Assembly: GCA_963748215.1 (NCBI GenBank)
Contig: CAVVHS010000006.1
Coordinates: 928,001-992,000, forward strand
Reading direction: 5' to 3'
Source of the DNA: an uncultured Gammaproteobacteria bacterium
GTDB lineage: Bacteria; Pseudomonadota; Gammaproteobacteria; UBA9214
DNA: 64,000 nucleotides
Under the pieces are notes generated by a model. The model was not told the DNA's origin. It saw only the letters and a list, made by a program, of their open reading frames with translations, and ran no database searches. Each line of letters opens with the position of its first letter. Within the stretch, counting starts at the first letter, position 1. Position numbers and translations under genes: made by a program. Shown one piece after another: positions 32,995 to 43,977 of the stretch.

Positions 32995-34209
32995 TCAGTA
33001 ATATTTGAGGCCCATCACCTCGCGCACTTCCGCGAGCGTCTGGCGTGCCACGTCGCGGGCGGCCTCCGAGCCGTCGTGGATGATGGACCGTACCCGCCCC
33101 GGGTCCTGCTCGAACTCGTGCGCGCGTTCCTGGATCGGCCTGAGTTCAGTCAGGATGCCGTCGATGACCGGCTGCTTGCAGTCCAGGCAGCCGATGCCGG
33201 CACTCGTGCAGCCGCTGCGCACCCAGTCCTTCACCTCGTCGTTCGAGTACACCTGATGCAGCTGCCACACCGGGCAGATGTCCGGGTTGCCCGGATCGGT
33301 GCGGCGAACGCGCGCCGGATCGGTGGGCATGGTGCGCAGCTTTTCCCGCACCGTCTCCGGGCTCTCGCGCAGGCTGATGGTGTTGTGGTACGACTTCGAC
33401 ATCTTCTGGCCGTCCAGTCCCGGCATCTTCGAGGCCGGCGTGAGCAGCGCGGACGGCTCGGTCAGGATCATGCGCCCGCCACCTTCCAGGTAACCGAGCA
33501 GGCGTTCGCGGTCGGCGAGCGCCAGGTTCTGCTGCTCGGCGAGCAGGGCTCGCGCCACCTCCACGGCCGAGTGGTCGCCCTGTTCCTGGTAGCGCTTCAG
33601 GAGCTGCCGGTACAGTTTCGCGTTTTTCTTGCCCATCTTCCTGATGGCGGCCTCGGCGGCATCCTCGTAACCCTCGCCACGCCCGAAGATGTGGTTGAAA
33701 CGCCGCGCCACTTCGCGCGTCAGCTCCACGTGCGCGACCTGGTCCTCGCCCACCGGCACCTTGTCGGCGCCGTAGATGAGGATGTCGGCGCTCTGCAGCA
33801 GCGGGTAACCGAGAAAACCGTAGGTGGCGAGATCGCGCTCGCGCAGCTTTTCCTGCTGGTCCTTGTAGCTCGGCACGCGTTCCAGCCAGCCGAGCGGCGT
33901 CACCATCGACAGCAACAGGTGCAGCTCGGCATGCTCCGGCACCTGCGACTGGATGAACAGCCGCGCCTGCCCGGGATTGACACCCGCGGCCAGCCAGTCG
34001 ATGACCATGTCCCAGACATGCTCGGCGATGACGTGCGAGTCCTCGTAGTGCGTGGTGAGCGCATGCCAGTCGGCCACGAAAAAGAAGCAGTCGAACTGCT
34101 GCTGCAGCCGCACCCAGTTTTTCAGCACGCCGTGATAGTGTCCCAGGTGCAGGCGACCGGTGGGACGCATGCCGGACAAAACCCGCCCGCCGGTATTCGG
34201 ACTGACCAA
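32995..34209 (-). CDS. trpS: Tryptophan--tRNA ligase
   Basis: SGMRPTGRLHLGH, VPVGEDQ, KMSKS. Confidence 0.95.
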   Translation of the reverse strand: MVSPNTGGRVLSGMRPTGRLHLGHYHGVLKNWVRLQQQFDCFFFVADWHALTTHYEDSHVIAEHVWDMVIDWLAAGVNPGQARLFIQSQVPEHAELHLLLSMVTPLGWLERVPSYKDQQEKLRERDLATYGFLGYPLLQSADILIYGADKVPVGEDQVAHVELTREVARRFNHIFGRGEGYEDAAEAAIRKMGKKNAKLYRQLLKRYQEQGDHSAVEVARALLAEQQNLALADRERLLGYLEGGGRMILTEPSALLTPASKMPGLDGQKMSKSYHNTISLRESPETVREKLRTMPTDPARVRRTDPGNPDICPVWQLHQVYSNDEVKDWVRSGCTSAGIGCLDCKQPVIDGILTELRPIQERAHEFEQDPGRVRSIIHDGSEAARDVARQTLAEVREVMGLKYY

Positions 34210-34224
34210 GCCGTTCTCCCCTGT

Positions 34225-34908
34225 TTATGTTAAAGAATTCAGCACCAGCCGGAAATCGGCGCCGGGCATGCCCGACACCGGCAGCAGCGCGCTCCAGACC
34301 AGATTGATCAGCGGCCACAGGATCATCCCCAGGACGCCGGTCACCAGCAGACCGATCAGGATAAAGAAGCCATAGGGCTCGATGCGGCTGTAGTACCAGG
34401 CCCAGCGCCCCGGCAACAGTCCGGTCAGCACACGCCCGCCATCCAGCGGCGGTAACGGCAACAGGTTCAGCACCATCAGCACGGTGTTGATGAAAATGCC
34501 GGCCACGCCCATGAACACCAGCGCCATGCCCGTCTCGCCCAGCAGGTAGCCCGCGCGAATCAGCAGCGCCCAGCCGATGGCCATTACCAGGTTGATCCCA
34601 GGCCCTGCGGCAGCGACTATCGCCATGTCGCGCTTGGGATGATGCAGGTTGCGCCAGTCCACCGGCACCGGCTTCGCATAGCCGAAGATGAAGCCGGCCT
34701 GCAACAGCAGCAGCATCCCGGGTATCAGGATGGTCCCGACCGGGTCGACATGCTTGAACGGGTTCAGCGTCAGGCGCCCCAGCATGAGGGCGGTACGGTC
34801 GCCCAGCTTGCTCGCCATCCAGCCATGCGCCACTTCGTGCACGGTAATGGCCAGCAGCACCGGTACGATCCAGACGGCTATCTTTTGCACCAGGCTGATA
34901 TCGAGCAT
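34225..34908 (-). CDS. Site-2 protease (M50) family protein
   Basis: HEVAHG, AGP, NLLPLPPLDGG. Confidence 0.9.
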   Translation of the reverse strand: MLDISLVQKIAVWIVPVLLAITVHEVAHGWMASKLGDRTALMLGRLTLNPFKHVDPVGTILIPGMLLLLQAGFIFGYAKPVPVDWRNLHHPKRDMAIVAAAGPGINLVMAIGWALLIRAGYLLGETGMALVFMGVAGIFINTVLMVLNLLPLPPLDGGRVLTGLLPGRWAWYYSRIEPYGFFILIGLLVTGVLGMILWPLINLVWSALLPVSGMPGADFRLVLNSLT

Positions 34909-35031
34909 CGGCGGATTATACCAAGGCGAACCGAAATAGCCCGCCATCATGGCCTGCGTCCCCGTCCGCTTCGAAGGGGGCGGCACAGGGTGAGGGTAAT
35001 ACATCAAGCCCGGTGACTGACGGCGATTGCA

Positions 35032-35655
35032 TTACTGCACCAGGGCCTCGACCGGGCCCAGGCCAACACGCACCACCTCGGGCACGCCGCTGACCATGTC
35101 GACCACCGTGGTCGGTTCCAGGCTGCAGTTGCCGCCGTCGATGACCAGGTCGAGTTCGCGCTCGAGCCGGTCGCGGATCTCGTGGGCATCGGTCTCCGGC
35201 ACCTCGCTTCCCGGCAGGATCAGCGTGGAACTCATCAACGGTTCGCCGAGCTCGGTCAGCAGCGCCTGGCAGATCGGGTGCTCGGGCACGCGAATGCCGA
35301 TGGTCTTGCGCTTCGGATTCTGCAGCCTGCGCGGCACTTCGCTGGTGGCGCGCAGGATGAAGGTATAGGGGCCCGGCGTCAGCGACCTCAGCAGGCGGTA
35401 GGCGCTGTTTTCCACCCGGGCAAACGTCGCAATCTCGGACAGGTCGCGACAGACCAGCGAAAAGTCATGCGAGTCATCCAGTCCGCGAATGCGGCGTATG
35501 CGTTCGATGCCGCGCTTGTCACCGATGCGGCAACCCAGCGCATAACTGGAATCGGTCGGGTACGCGATCACCCCGTCGTTGCGGATGATGTCCACGGCCT
35601 GCCGGATCAGCCGCAGCTGCGGGGTGACCGCGTGTATCTGGAAGAACTGGCTCAT
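35032..35655 (-). CDS. yciO: YciO (Sua5/YrdC family) protein
   Basis: YPTDSSYALGC, TPGPYTFIL, KRKTIGIRVP. Confidence 0.88.
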   Translation of the reverse strand: MSQFFQIHAVTPQLRLIRQAVDIIRNDGVIAYPTDSSYALGCRIGDKRGIERIRRIRGLDDSHDFSLVCRDLSEIATFARVENSAYRLLRSLTPGPYTFILRATSEVPRRLQNPKRKTIGIRVPEHPICQALLTELGEPLMSSTLILPGSEVPETDAHEIRDRLERELDLVIDGGNCSLEPTTVVDMVSGVPEVVRVGLGPVEALVQ

Positions 35656-35665
35656 AAAAAAACTG

Positions 35666-35961
35666 TCTCGCGCAAAGACGCCAAGGCACAAAGAATGGAA
35701 AAGATTTTAGCAACGAAACGGGGCAATCCTGGCCACTGCCACACAGGCAAGCCGGTGAAAATCAGGTGCAAACCGTTACTTGCAAAGGCCTTATATTACC
35801 GCAACGACGGCATGCACAAGCAAGCAGTCAATACCGCATGAACATTCCGGTCACGGATTATAATCAAGCTGCGTCTCTGATGTTTCGACTGGATTCCCGC
35901 CTGCCTGGGAATGACATGATTTTGTTTGTGTTCTCTGCGAACTCCGCGTCTCTGCGCGAGA
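35666..35961. repeat. Inverted-repeat-bounded element (TCTCGCGCA-AGACGC family) enclosing a GTCATTCCC REP arm
   Basis: tctcgcgcaaagacgc ... gcgtctctgcgcgaga; ggattcccgcctgcctgggaatgac at about 35891-35915; same family as the 28197 host repeat. Confidence 0.7.
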
Positions 35962-36001
35962 AAGGTTTTCTTGGCGCCTATACGACCTGGCGCGAACCTG
36001 T

Positions 36002-36847
36002 TTATTGCAACCGCCACTGCTCGCTCTGCCATACCGGCTTGCAGCCCTCCGGCAGGTCCGGCAGTTCGCCGAGTCTTATCCAGCAGTTTTCAGGACCGTG
36101 ATAATCCGAACCGCACGAGGCCAGCAAGCGCTCGTTGCGGCACAGCGCCGCCATCGTGTCGATGTTATCGCGGGTGTGGCTGCCGGAAACGACCTCCATG
36201 CCGATTCCGCCCAGCTCCCGGAACTCGCCGATCAGTCGGCGCAACTTGCTGGCTGTCATGCCATAACGCGCCGGGTGCGCGATCACCGCGATGCCGCCGG
36301 CCGCCCGGATCCACGCCAGCGCGTCTTCCAATGACGCCCACTGCCCGGACACATAGCCCGGCTTGTTGTTGACCAGGAAGCGGCGGAATACGTCGCGCAC
36401 GCTGGCCGCATGTCCCTGCGCAACCAGGAAATGCGCAAAATGCGTGCGGCTGACGATCCGTCCCTGCGCCAGGGCGCGCGCGCCGGTCCACGCCCCGCCG
36501 ATACCGGCCCGCGCCAGCCGGCGCCCGATCTCCTCGGCGCGCAAATCGCGGGAATCGCGCAATTGCGCCAGCCCGGCCTGCAGCGCCGCGTTTTCGGTAT
36601 CGAGGCCGAGGCCGAGGACATGCACGGTCTGCGCCTGCCAGGTGACCGAGAGTTCCGCGCCCTGCACCAGCCGCAAGCCCAGCGCCTGCGCCGCATCGGC
36701 CGCCTCGCGGATGCCGTCGGTCGTGTCGTGGTCGGTCAGTGCCAGCACCCCGATGCCGGCCGCATGCGCGGCCTGCACCAGCGCGGCAGGCGTCAGGGTT
36801 CCGTCCGAGGCAAGGGAATGGCTGTGCAGGTCATAGCGTGCGGTCAT
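36002..36847 (-). CDS. yciV: PHP-domain phosphoesterase (YciV/TrpH, RNase AM-like)
   Basis: DLHSHSLASDG, LTDHDT, AHPARY, GSDYHG; synteny with yciO. Confidence 0.85.
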   Translation of the reverse strand: MTARYDLHSHSLASDGTLTPAALVQAAHAAGIGVLALTDHDTTDGIREAADAAQALGLRLVQGAELSVTWQAQTVHVLGLGLDTENAALQAGLAQLRDSRDLRAEEIGRRLARAGIGGAWTGARALAQGRIVSRTHFAHFLVAQGHAASVRDVFRRFLVNNKPGYVSGQWASLEDALAWIRAAGGIAVIAHPARYGMTASKLRRLIGEFRELGGIGMEVVSGSHTRDNIDTMAALCRNERLLASCGSDYHGPENCWIRLGELPDLPEGCKPVWQSEQWRLQ

Positions 36848-36967
36848 CCGGCCATTCTACAGGAGCCTCCCGCCGATTGCGTTTATTTGGCACATAACGG
36901 GCAGGGTTTGGGTATCGCACGCATCCCGGCAAGGCTGGTACCATTGGCCGCACATCCGGTGATTCAC

Positions 36968-37687
36968 ATGCAGATACCTTCAGGACAACTCGACACCATA
37001 CAGGCACTGGCCGGCACGCTGCTCGAGGCGTGCGACATGGCGGACAACAGCGCGGACGAGCCGGATCTGCCTGGACTGGCGGAGGCCTTCGAACAACTGG
37101 CGGACGTCATGACCCGGGTCGAAGCCGATGCCGGCGGCACGACGACGGCCGCGGACGTCACCGAAATCGGCGAGTATGCCCTGCGCCTGTGCGAGGGTCT
37201 GGCGAGCTGCGCGGAACGCCTCAGTCCGGGTGAGCAGCGCGAAAACACGGCGTCACTGATCGTCAACATGGCGCTGTGGGTCGCCCGACACGATGGACAG
37301 ATCGACACCCTGGAACCGGTCGTCGATGCCCTGGCGCTGCTGGCGAATACCCTTCGCACGCCGCAGACGCTCGAAACGCTGAGCGCGGAGATCGGCCAGA
37401 TCGTGGCCGCGATAGCGCCGGTCATCACCCGCGACCTGGAAAAAATCAACCCGGGCCGACCCTGGCGCGTGCTGCTGCTCAACTACAGCATCGTCGCCAC
37501 GCGCAGTCACAATACCGCCATGATGGAACAGGCCTTTGCCGTCCTGACCCGCCACCTGCCGGAGGATGCCGGGCGTTTCTTCAGCGAGGGTATGCAGCAG
37601 ATGGATGCTCTGGATTATCCCGAGCCGGTGCGCAAGGTCATGGCGAAATATCACCGGCAATGGTCAATGGACCGGTCATTGCATTGA
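36968..37687 (+). CDS. Conserved hypothetical all-helical protein
   Basis: Host-like codon usage, PGRPWRVLLLNYSIVATRSH block; start at ATG 36968 assumed. Confidence 0.7.
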   Translation: MQIPSGQLDTIQALAGTLLEACDMADNSADEPDLPGLAEAFEQLADVMTRVEADAGGTTTAADVTEIGEYALRLCEGLASCAERLSPGEQRENTASLIVNMALWVARHDGQIDTLEPVVDALALLANTLRTPQTLETLSAEIGQIVAAIAPVITRDLEKINPGRPWRVLLLNYSIVATRSHNTAMMEQAFAVLTRHLPEDAGRFFSEGMQQMDALDYPEPVRKVMAKYHRQWSMDRSLH

Positions 37688-37803
37688 CATGGCCTGCCCG
37701 GCAAACCGTTCCATACGGTTCAATCCGGCCGGCAAACAGTCTATGATTCGGCCCCTTGACGCCGGCTGCACCCGAACCCCCTGACAACAGCGAAGCACCC
37801 GAT

Positions 37804-38346
37804 ATGAAGTTTCTGTTCGACCTGTTCCCGATCATCCTGTTTTTCGGGGCGTACAAGCTGTACGACATCTATGTCGCCACCGCCGTCGCCATCGGGGCCG
37901 CCTTTGTGCAGACCGGGCTGTTCTGGATCAGGCACCGCCGCTTCGAAAAGATGCACCTGATCACCCTGGGTATCCTGGTCGTGTTCGGCGGGCTGACGCT
38001 GATACTCCGGGACCCGGTGTTCATCAAGTGGAAACCGACCGTCGTGAACTGGATGTTCGGCGCGGCCTTCCTCGGCAGCCGGCTGTTCAGCAAGACCACC
38101 CTTATCGAGCGCATGATGAGCCATGCCATCACGGTACCGACTGCCGTCTGGTCCCGGCTCAACTGGGCCTGGATCGTGTTTTTCCTCGGTATCGGCCTGC
38201 TCAATCTGTACGTCGCCTTCAACTACAGCGAGGCGACCTGGGTCAACTTCAAGCTGTTCGGCATGATGGGCCTGACGCTGGTGTTCGTGTTCGGCCAGGC
38301 CTTCTATCTCAGCCGCTACATGGAAACCGCGGAGGACGGCGAGTAA
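37804..38346 (+). CDS. yciB: Inner-membrane protein YciB/IspZ
   Basis: [30 protein letters not shown]. Confidence 0.93.
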   Translation: MKFLFDLFPIILFFGAYKLYDIYVATAVAIGAAFVQTGLFWIRHRRFEKMHLITLGILVVFGGLTLILRDPVFIKWKPTVVNWMFGAAFLGSRLFSKTTLIERMMSHAITVPTAVWSRLNWAWIVFFLGIGLLNLYVAFNYSEATWVNFKLFGMMGLTLVFVFGQAFYLSRYMETAEDGE

Positions 38347-38645
38347 TGCTCTATGCCGTCATCAGCCAGGACCGCGACGGCAGTCTCGATGCCCGGCTCC
38401 AGGCGCGCCCCGCCCACCTGGCGCGGCTCGAGGCACTGAAACAGGAAGGCCGGCTGGTGCTGGCCGGCCCGCATCCGGCCATCGACAGTGACGATCCCGG
38501 CGCGGCCGGCTTCACCGGCAGCCTCGTGGTCGCCGAATTCGATTCCCTGCAGGACGCGCGCGCATGGGCCGATACCGATCCCTACCTGGCCGCCGGCGTT
38601 TACGCCCAGGTCACCGTGAAACCCTTCCGCAAGGTACTGCCCTGA
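38346..38645 (+). CDS. yciI: YciI family protein
   Basis: [22 protein letters not shown]. Confidence 0.9.
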   Translation: MLYAVISQDRDGSLDARLQARPAHLARLEALKQEGRLVLAGPHPAIDSDDPGAAGFTGSLVVAEFDSLQDARAWADTDPYLAAGVYAQVTVKPFRKVLP

Positions 38646-38646
38646 C

Positions 38647-38934
38647 ATGTCCGAAACCCGAATCGAGGAACTGCGCACACGCCTGACACGGCACCTGCAG
38701 CCCGTCGCCCTCGAGATCATCGATGAAAGCGCGAAGCATGCCGGCCACGCCGGGGCCGCCAGCGGCGGCGGCCACTTCATTGTGCAGATCACCGCCGCCG
38801 CCTTCCGGGACAAGAGTCTGATCCAGCGCCACCGGCTGGTCTACGATGCCATCGGTGATATGATGCAGCGTGACATCCATGCCCTCAGCATCGACGCCAG
38901 AACCCCGGAAGAAAACCAGTCCACCCACCCATAA
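38647..38934 (+). CDS. bolA: BolA family protein
   Basis: DESAKHAGH, RHRLVY, IHALSI. Confidence 0.92.
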   Translation: MSETRIEELRTRLTRHLQPVALEIIDESAKHAGHAGAASGGGHFIVQITAAAFRDKSLIQRHRLVYDAIGDMMQRDIHALSIDARTPEENQSTHP

Positions 38935-38946
38935 AAGGTATTACAG

Positions 38947-39789
38947 ATGAATTACCGTCCTTCGTTATTGTTCCTTGCATCCCTGTTGCTGGTAACCGGA
39001 TGTGACCAGATGCAGACCGCACTGCCGACCAACCAGGCCACCTCCGGCAGCAACGCGCCCGCCCTCAGCGGCGAAGTCGTCGCCACCGTCAATGGCAGCC
39101 CCATCACCGAGGAGGTCTTCGAGGTCTATAGCGGTCAGCGCGCCGCGAAGACCCAGAACTCGGAGGCCACCCGCGAGTCCATCCTGAACGAGCTGGTCGC
39201 ACTGGAACTCATGCGCCAGGAAGCCGCGACCAAGGGTCTGGCCTCGACACCGCTGGTGGCAGCGACGATTAACCAGCTGGAACGCAGCACCATGGCCGGC
39301 GCGGCGATCAAGAGCTTCATGGAGAGCAACCCGGTGACCGACGAGGACGCGAGGAAATTCTACGACGAGCAGATCGGCGTCCCCGGCAAGGAGTACAAGG
39401 CCCGCCACATCCTGCTCGAAAACGAGGACGAGGCGAAGAACGTCATCTCGATGCTGGATACCGGCAGTGATTTCTCCGAACTGGCGAAGGAAAAATCCAC
39501 CGGTCCGTCCGGCCCCTCCGGTGGCGAGCTGGGCTGGTTTGGTGCCGGCCAGATGGTCAAGCCATTCGCGGATGCCGCGGCCAGCATGGACAAGGGCAGC
39601 TACAGCAAGAGCCCGGTAAAGACCGAGTTCGGCTGGCATGTGATCATGCTCGACGACGTGCGCGACAGCACGCCGCCGCCCTTCGAGGATGTCAAGGATC
39701 GCCTGAAGATGCTGATCGCCAACCAGGGCCTGCAGAAGCACATCAACACGCTGCGGGAATCCGCCACCATCGAGCTGAAGGCGGAATAA
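38947..39789 (+). CDS. Parvulin-type peptidyl-prolyl isomerase lipoprotein
   Basis: Lipobox LVTGC, ARHIL, GGELGWF, MVKPF, TEFGWHVI. Confidence 0.9.
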   Translation: MNYRPSLLFLASLLLVTGCDQMQTALPTNQATSGSNAPALSGEVVATVNGSPITEEVFEVYSGQRAAKTQNSEATRESILNELVALELMRQEAATKGLASTPLVAATINQLERSTMAGAAIKSFMESNPVTDEDARKFYDEQIGVPGKEYKARHILLENEDEAKNVISMLDTGSDFSELAKEKSTGPSGPSGGELGWFGAGQMVKPFADAAASMDKGSYSKSPVKTEFGWHVIMLDDVRDSTPPPFEDVKDRLKMLIANQGLQKHINTLRESATIELKAE

Positions 39790-39821
39790 CACAGCCGCCG
39801 GCTGCGCCAGCGAGGGCAGAA

Positions 39822-39857
39822 TGCGCCCGGCCGGTTTACCGGCCGGGCGTTTTTATT
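39822..39857 (+). terminator. Rho-independent terminator
   Basis: gcgcccggccgg-ttta-ccggccgggcgt followed by T run. Confidence 0.8.
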
Positions 39858-39904
39858 TAAGCCGCGATCCGTGCGAGGCCTGCGCCCCTGCTGCGAACAG
39901 GCTC

Positions 39905-41365
39905 CTAGTGCTTCCTGACCGCCGCTGCCGGTGCGTCAGCCGCGGTACCGGCCTCCTTGCGACCCGGCACCCACAGGACCAGGTGCAGCTCGTCCGGCGG
40001 GCTGATGCTCACCCCGAGCGATACGGTACGCGCCGTGTTCATCCGTTCCCAGAGTACCTCGCTGTCCTGCAGCGGCGTACGCAACGGCAGCCGCAGGCGT
40101 GCAAACACCGCCTGCAACCGTTCCATCAACCCGCCTTGCGTACCGACACGGAACGAAAATCGCATATAGTCACCACCCTGCAGCCAGTTGTCGGTATCAG
40201 CCGCCAGGCGGCATTCGGTGACCTGCAGGTGCACATGTTCGCGTTGCGTCGCGGTTTCGCACACCCCGTTGAGGATGGCTGCCGCGAGCTGCAGGCATTC
40301 CCGCTCGGTGCAAACACCATCGTCCGGCACCGCGCGCACTGTCTTTGCGCTGGCCAGCGCCGCGACCAGATCTGACATGTCGTGCGCCAGCACACCGAGC
40401 GTCTCGGGCAGCGTCACCAGGGTATCGCACAGCAGGGCCAGGCTGCCGTCGAACTGGACCAGGCCGGTTTCCGCCGCCGCATCTTCTGCCTGGCCTTGCA
40501 GGGCGTCGTTACCGGCCTGCTCCGGCACCTCCGACAGTGTCCGTTTGCCGGGAAGTTGCAGTGGCGCGCGCACCTTTTCCAGGTATGTCTTCCAGAAGCG
40601 CGTCACGGTTTGCCGCGCGGGCGTCGCGCCGCTGTCGATGGCATCGAGGGCATCGGCAATAGCGACCACGGCCGCTGCCGCGTCGGAGTCCGGGTAGACC
40701 GAGCTGAATGCCTGGCGCGTGCGCTGCGCGGCGGCGACATTTTCATCCTCTGGCATCCCGCCAAGCAGCGGCATCTCCAGGCCGAGATGCTCCCTGACCT
40801 GGGCGTTGAGCCGGTCACGCGTATCAGCGGCCTGCTGCGCGTCGTGCAACCGGTTCACCAGCAAATGCAATGCACCGTCGAACCCGTTCAGCCGCAAAAT
40901 CCTGAGCAGGGCGAAGGCCTCGGCCTGCGAACGCGCATCCGGCGTAACCACCAGTACAACCACGGCAGCCGCGAGACAGCATCCCAGGATGGCCGCCGGC
41001 TCCATGCCGGAGCTGTCGATCAGCAGGTCGTCGTAGCCGTCATGCGTATCCATGTCGTGGATGCAGACCTTGAGCCGGTCCGCGTCGCTGTCCGCCCACT
41101 CCTCGAGGCGCAGCCGGCAGGTCAGAAAATCCACGCCCTGGTAACCCCGCCGCACGACATCGCCGGCCGGCAGGTCGGTGGTTCGCCGGTGCGGAGTCGT
41201 GCTGTGGTTCAGGTCGAGCTGGCTGTCCAGCGCACGCGAGGCCGGCATGTTCTGGTACACACCAGCCTGGTGACCGCGCCGGACCAGCTCCAGCGCGAGA
41301 TTGATCGACAGCTGGGTCTTCCCCGCGTCAGGTGAACCACTGGTAATCATGATTATTCTGGTCAT
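39905..41365 (-). CDS. Degenerate MinD/FlhG-like ATPase with C-terminal extension
   Basis: ITSGSPDAGKT..NLA, LIDSSG, VVTPD, LLVNR, MPEDENV. Confidence 0.7.
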   Translation of the reverse strand: MTRIIMITSGSPDAGKTQLSINLALELVRRGHQAGVYQNMPASRALDSQLDLNHSTTPHRRTTDLPAGDVVRRGYQGVDFLTCRLRLEEWADSDADRLKVCIHDMDTHDGYDDLLIDSSGMEPAAILGCCLAAAVVVLVVTPDARSQAEAFALLRILRLNGFDGALHLLVNRLHDAQQAADTRDRLNAQVREHLGLEMPLLGGMPEDENVAAAQRTRQAFSSVYPDSDAAAAVVAIADALDAIDSGATPARQTVTRFWKTYLEKVRAPLQLPGKRTLSEVPEQAGNDALQGQAEDAAAETGLVQFDGSLALLCDTLVTLPETLGVLAHDMSDLVAALASAKTVRAVPDDGVCTERECLQLAAAILNGVCETATQREHVHLQVTECRLAADTDNWLQGGDYMRFSFRVGTQGGLMERLQAVFARLRLPLRTPLQDSEVLWERMNTARTVSLGVSISPPDELHLVLWVPGRKEAGTAADAPAAAVRKH

Positions 41366-41446
41366 TGCCACACGCCGCGTCCGGCCGCGGTTGCTTGCCG
41401 GATATGCCGGGACACGCCGCATCCGGCGGCGTCTGCCCGCATGGTA

Positions 41447-41638
41447 TTACTGTGCCTGTTGATCGATCTGCTGGCGCTGCCGTGCGCTGATGTCACCGAT
41501 CATACCCTCGAGTTCCTTCGCCTGTTCGATCTTGTCCGTCTGCGCCTTCCAGGCAGATTCGCCCGGTTGCGCAGGCGGCTGATGATCACCACAGGCGACC
41601 AATGTAAGCAAAACAGCCATTACCGTATATTGCCTCAA
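41447..41638 (-). CDS. Small lipoprotein (about 63 aa, TTG start)
   Basis: GGGAGG RBS, LLTLVAC lipobox, helical KAQTDKIEQAKELE tail. Confidence 0.65.
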   Translation of the reverse strand: MRQYTVMAVLLTLVACGDHQPPAQPGESAWKAQTDKIEQAKELEGMIGDISARQRQQIDQQAQ

Positions 41639-41664
41639 ATCAATTCCCTCCCTGTTCCAACCCG

Positions 41665-43977
41665 TCACCATGACCGGCGCCGGCTGTCCAGCCACAGCAG
41701 CACATCCTTCAGCGCCATGGGTCTGCCCGTATAATACCCCTGATAACAGTCGCACCCCATACCCTTGAGCCGGTCGTATACCGCGCGCGACTCCACGCCT
41801 TCCGCGGTCACGGTCAGCCCCAGGTTGTGCGCCAGGTCGATGGTGGCCCGCACGATGGAGGCATTTTCCTCGTCGGAATCCATATCCGCGACGAACGACT
41901 TGTCGACCTTGAGCGTGTGTACCGGGAGACGCTTGAGGTAGACCAGCGAGGAGTGACCGGTACCGAAATCGTCGATCGACAGCCGCAGGCCGAGCGCCGC
42001 CAGCTGGCGCAGCATCTCGCTTACCTGCTCCGGATCGAGCATCACCCCGGTCTCGGTGATTTCCAGCAGCAGGGACTCCGGCATGATGTGGTGGCGCTGC
42101 AGCGCATTGCGGATGCGGTCCAGCAGGTTGAAATCGTGCAGGTTGTGCATGGACAGGTTGATGCCGGTGCACAGCTCGGGGTTGTCCTGCTGCAGCAGGG
42201 CCAGCTCGCGGCAGGCCGTCTCGATCACCCACTCCGACAGTTGCCGGATCAGGCCGCTTTGTTCGGCGGCGCGGATGAAGGCATCCGGCAGCAAAATCTT
42301 CCCGTCCGGCTTGCGCCAGCGCAGCAGGGCCTCCAGGTAGCTGACCCGACCGGTATCGAACTCGATCACCGGCTGGTAGACCAGGAACAGGTCGTTGCGG
42401 CCGATGTCCTCGTTCAGCACGCCGTCCAGCGTCATGCGCGCGACGTCGATGTCTGCCGTGGTTGCCGGATCATAGACGGCGCAGCCCTGCTTGAGCGCCT
42501 TGGCCGAGTACATGGCGTAGTCCGCGTTGCGCAGCAGGGCCTCCACCTCCGTGCCATGCTGCGGCGTCAGCGCGATGCCGATGGTGACCGAGGCAAAGAT
42601 CTTGTGCTCCTTGACCTCGAAGTGATGCTTCATGGACTTGATGATCTTGTGCGCCACCTGCATGGCCTTCTCGGCGTCGGTGCCCGGCAGCACGATCACG
42701 AACTCGTCGCCGCCCAGCCGCGCCAGCGTGTCCGACTCGCGCAGCACGTCGGCCATGCGCCCGACCACGTCCTTGAGCAGGATGTCGCCGATATGGTGTC
42801 CGAGCATGTCGTTGACGTACTTGAAGCGCACCATGTCGATCAGCAACACGGCGGCAACGCCGGGCGTGCGGCGATGCTCGGCGATCACCTGCAGCAGGCG
42901 ATCCTCGAGCAGCGCGCGATTGTAGATGCCGGTCAGCGGGTCGCGAATGGCCAGGTCATGCAGCGTTTCATACAGCTCGCCCAGCGCATGAAAGGTCGTC
43001 GGACCCGTCATGCTGGACGAGACCTGCGGGTCCTGCAGGTCGACGCTGCGGCCCCACTCCTCGCGCAGACGCTGGCGCAGGTTTTGCAATGGTTTGAATA
43101 TCGAGTAGTTCACCAACAGCAGGGCCAGCATCACGGTGGTCAGCAGCACCATCACCACGGTGATCAGCAGGCCGCGATTGGTACGATCGATCTGCAGCAC
43201 CAGCGCATCGGCGTTGCGTGCCGACACGATGCCAAGCGCAGGCCGGGAATTGTCGGTGGTCAGCGTGTAGGCCGATTGAACGTTGTTGACGGAGGTGTCG
43301 TCACTCCAGCCGCTGGCGGCATACAGCACCGTACCGTCCGTGCGGCTGATTCTGACCGGCATTTTCAGGTGCGCATCGAGCTGCTCCAGTGCCGGTACCG
43401 GATCGGCGACAATCTGCAGGTAACCGGCGGGCACCAGGCCGCCGACCGGCGCGATCGCCGCCTGGTAGGGAATGCCGTCCTGCAGACAGAGCTCGAACAG
43501 CGGTTTGAGCCGGCGCGCCCCTTCGCGGATACGCGCCTTGGTGATGAGGTCCGGGCAGATGATCGTGTCAGCCTGCAGGTCACTGTCGCTGCGCATGGCG
43601 ACCGCCAGCAGGTTGAAATCCGCGTCATAGGCATAGATGCCGACGGCGTTGACCAGGTTCGAGGTGACTGGTGCGCGGTAGTACTGAGCCTCCAGCGCGC
43701 TGGCCAGCGCCGCCGCCTCGCGTGAGGCGAAGGCGGCGCGGAAGGTTTCGTCCATCTGGATGCTCAGACCCATGCGCCGGGCCTGTTCGGCGTTGTCGGC
43801 CAGCAGCATGTTGGTCTCGGCGGCGACAAGTTGCGTCATGTACTGGCGCTGGAAATTGAATGCCAGCTCGCGGTAGGTACGCGCGTTCATGACCACCGTC
43901 ACCACGCTGATGAGACCCAGCAGGATAATGGCGACGACCAGGCCACTCAGCAGGTTGATGTTCTGTGGTGTGCGCAT
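41665..43977 (-). CDS. Membrane-bound GGDEF-EAL diguanylate cyclase/phosphodiesterase with periplasmic sensor
   Basis: Two TM helices, DPLTGIYNR, RLGGDEF, EALLRW, DDFGTGHSSL, KVDKSF, AEGVE. Confidence 0.93.
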   Translation of the reverse strand: MRTPQNINLLSGLVVAIILLGLISVVTVVMNARTYRELAFNFQRQYMTQLVAAETNMLLADNAEQARRMGLSIQMDETFRAAFASREAAALASALEAQYYRAPVTSNLVNAVGIYAYDADFNLLAVAMRSDSDLQADTIICPDLITKARIREGARRLKPLFELCLQDGIPYQAAIAPVGGLVPAGYLQIVADPVPALEQLDAHLKMPVRISRTDGTVLYAASGWSDDTSVNNVQSAYTLTTDNSRPALGIVSARNADALVLQIDRTNRGLLITVVMVLLTTVMLALLLVNYSIFKPLQNLRQRLREEWGRSVDLQDPQVSSSMTGPTTFHALGELYETLHDLAIRDPLTGIYNRALLEDRLLQVIAEHRRTPGVAAVLLIDMVRFKYVNDMLGHHIGDILLKDVVGRMADVLRESDTLARLGGDEFVIVLPGTDAEKAMQVAHKIIKSMKHHFEVKEHKIFASVTIGIALTPQHGTEVEALLRNADYAMYSAKALKQGCAVYDPATTADIDVARMTLDGVLNEDIGRNDLFLVYQPVIEFDTGRVSYLEALLRWRKPDGKILLPDAFIRAAEQSGLIRQLSEWVIETACRELALLQQDNPELCTGINLSMHNLHDFNLLDRIRNALQRHHIMPESLLLEITETGVMLDPEQVSEMLRQLAALGLRLSIDDFGTGHSSLVYLKRLPVHTLKVDKSFVADMDSDEENASIVRATIDLAHNLGLTVTAEGVESRAVYDRLKGMGCDCYQGYYTGRPMALKDVLLWLDSRRRSW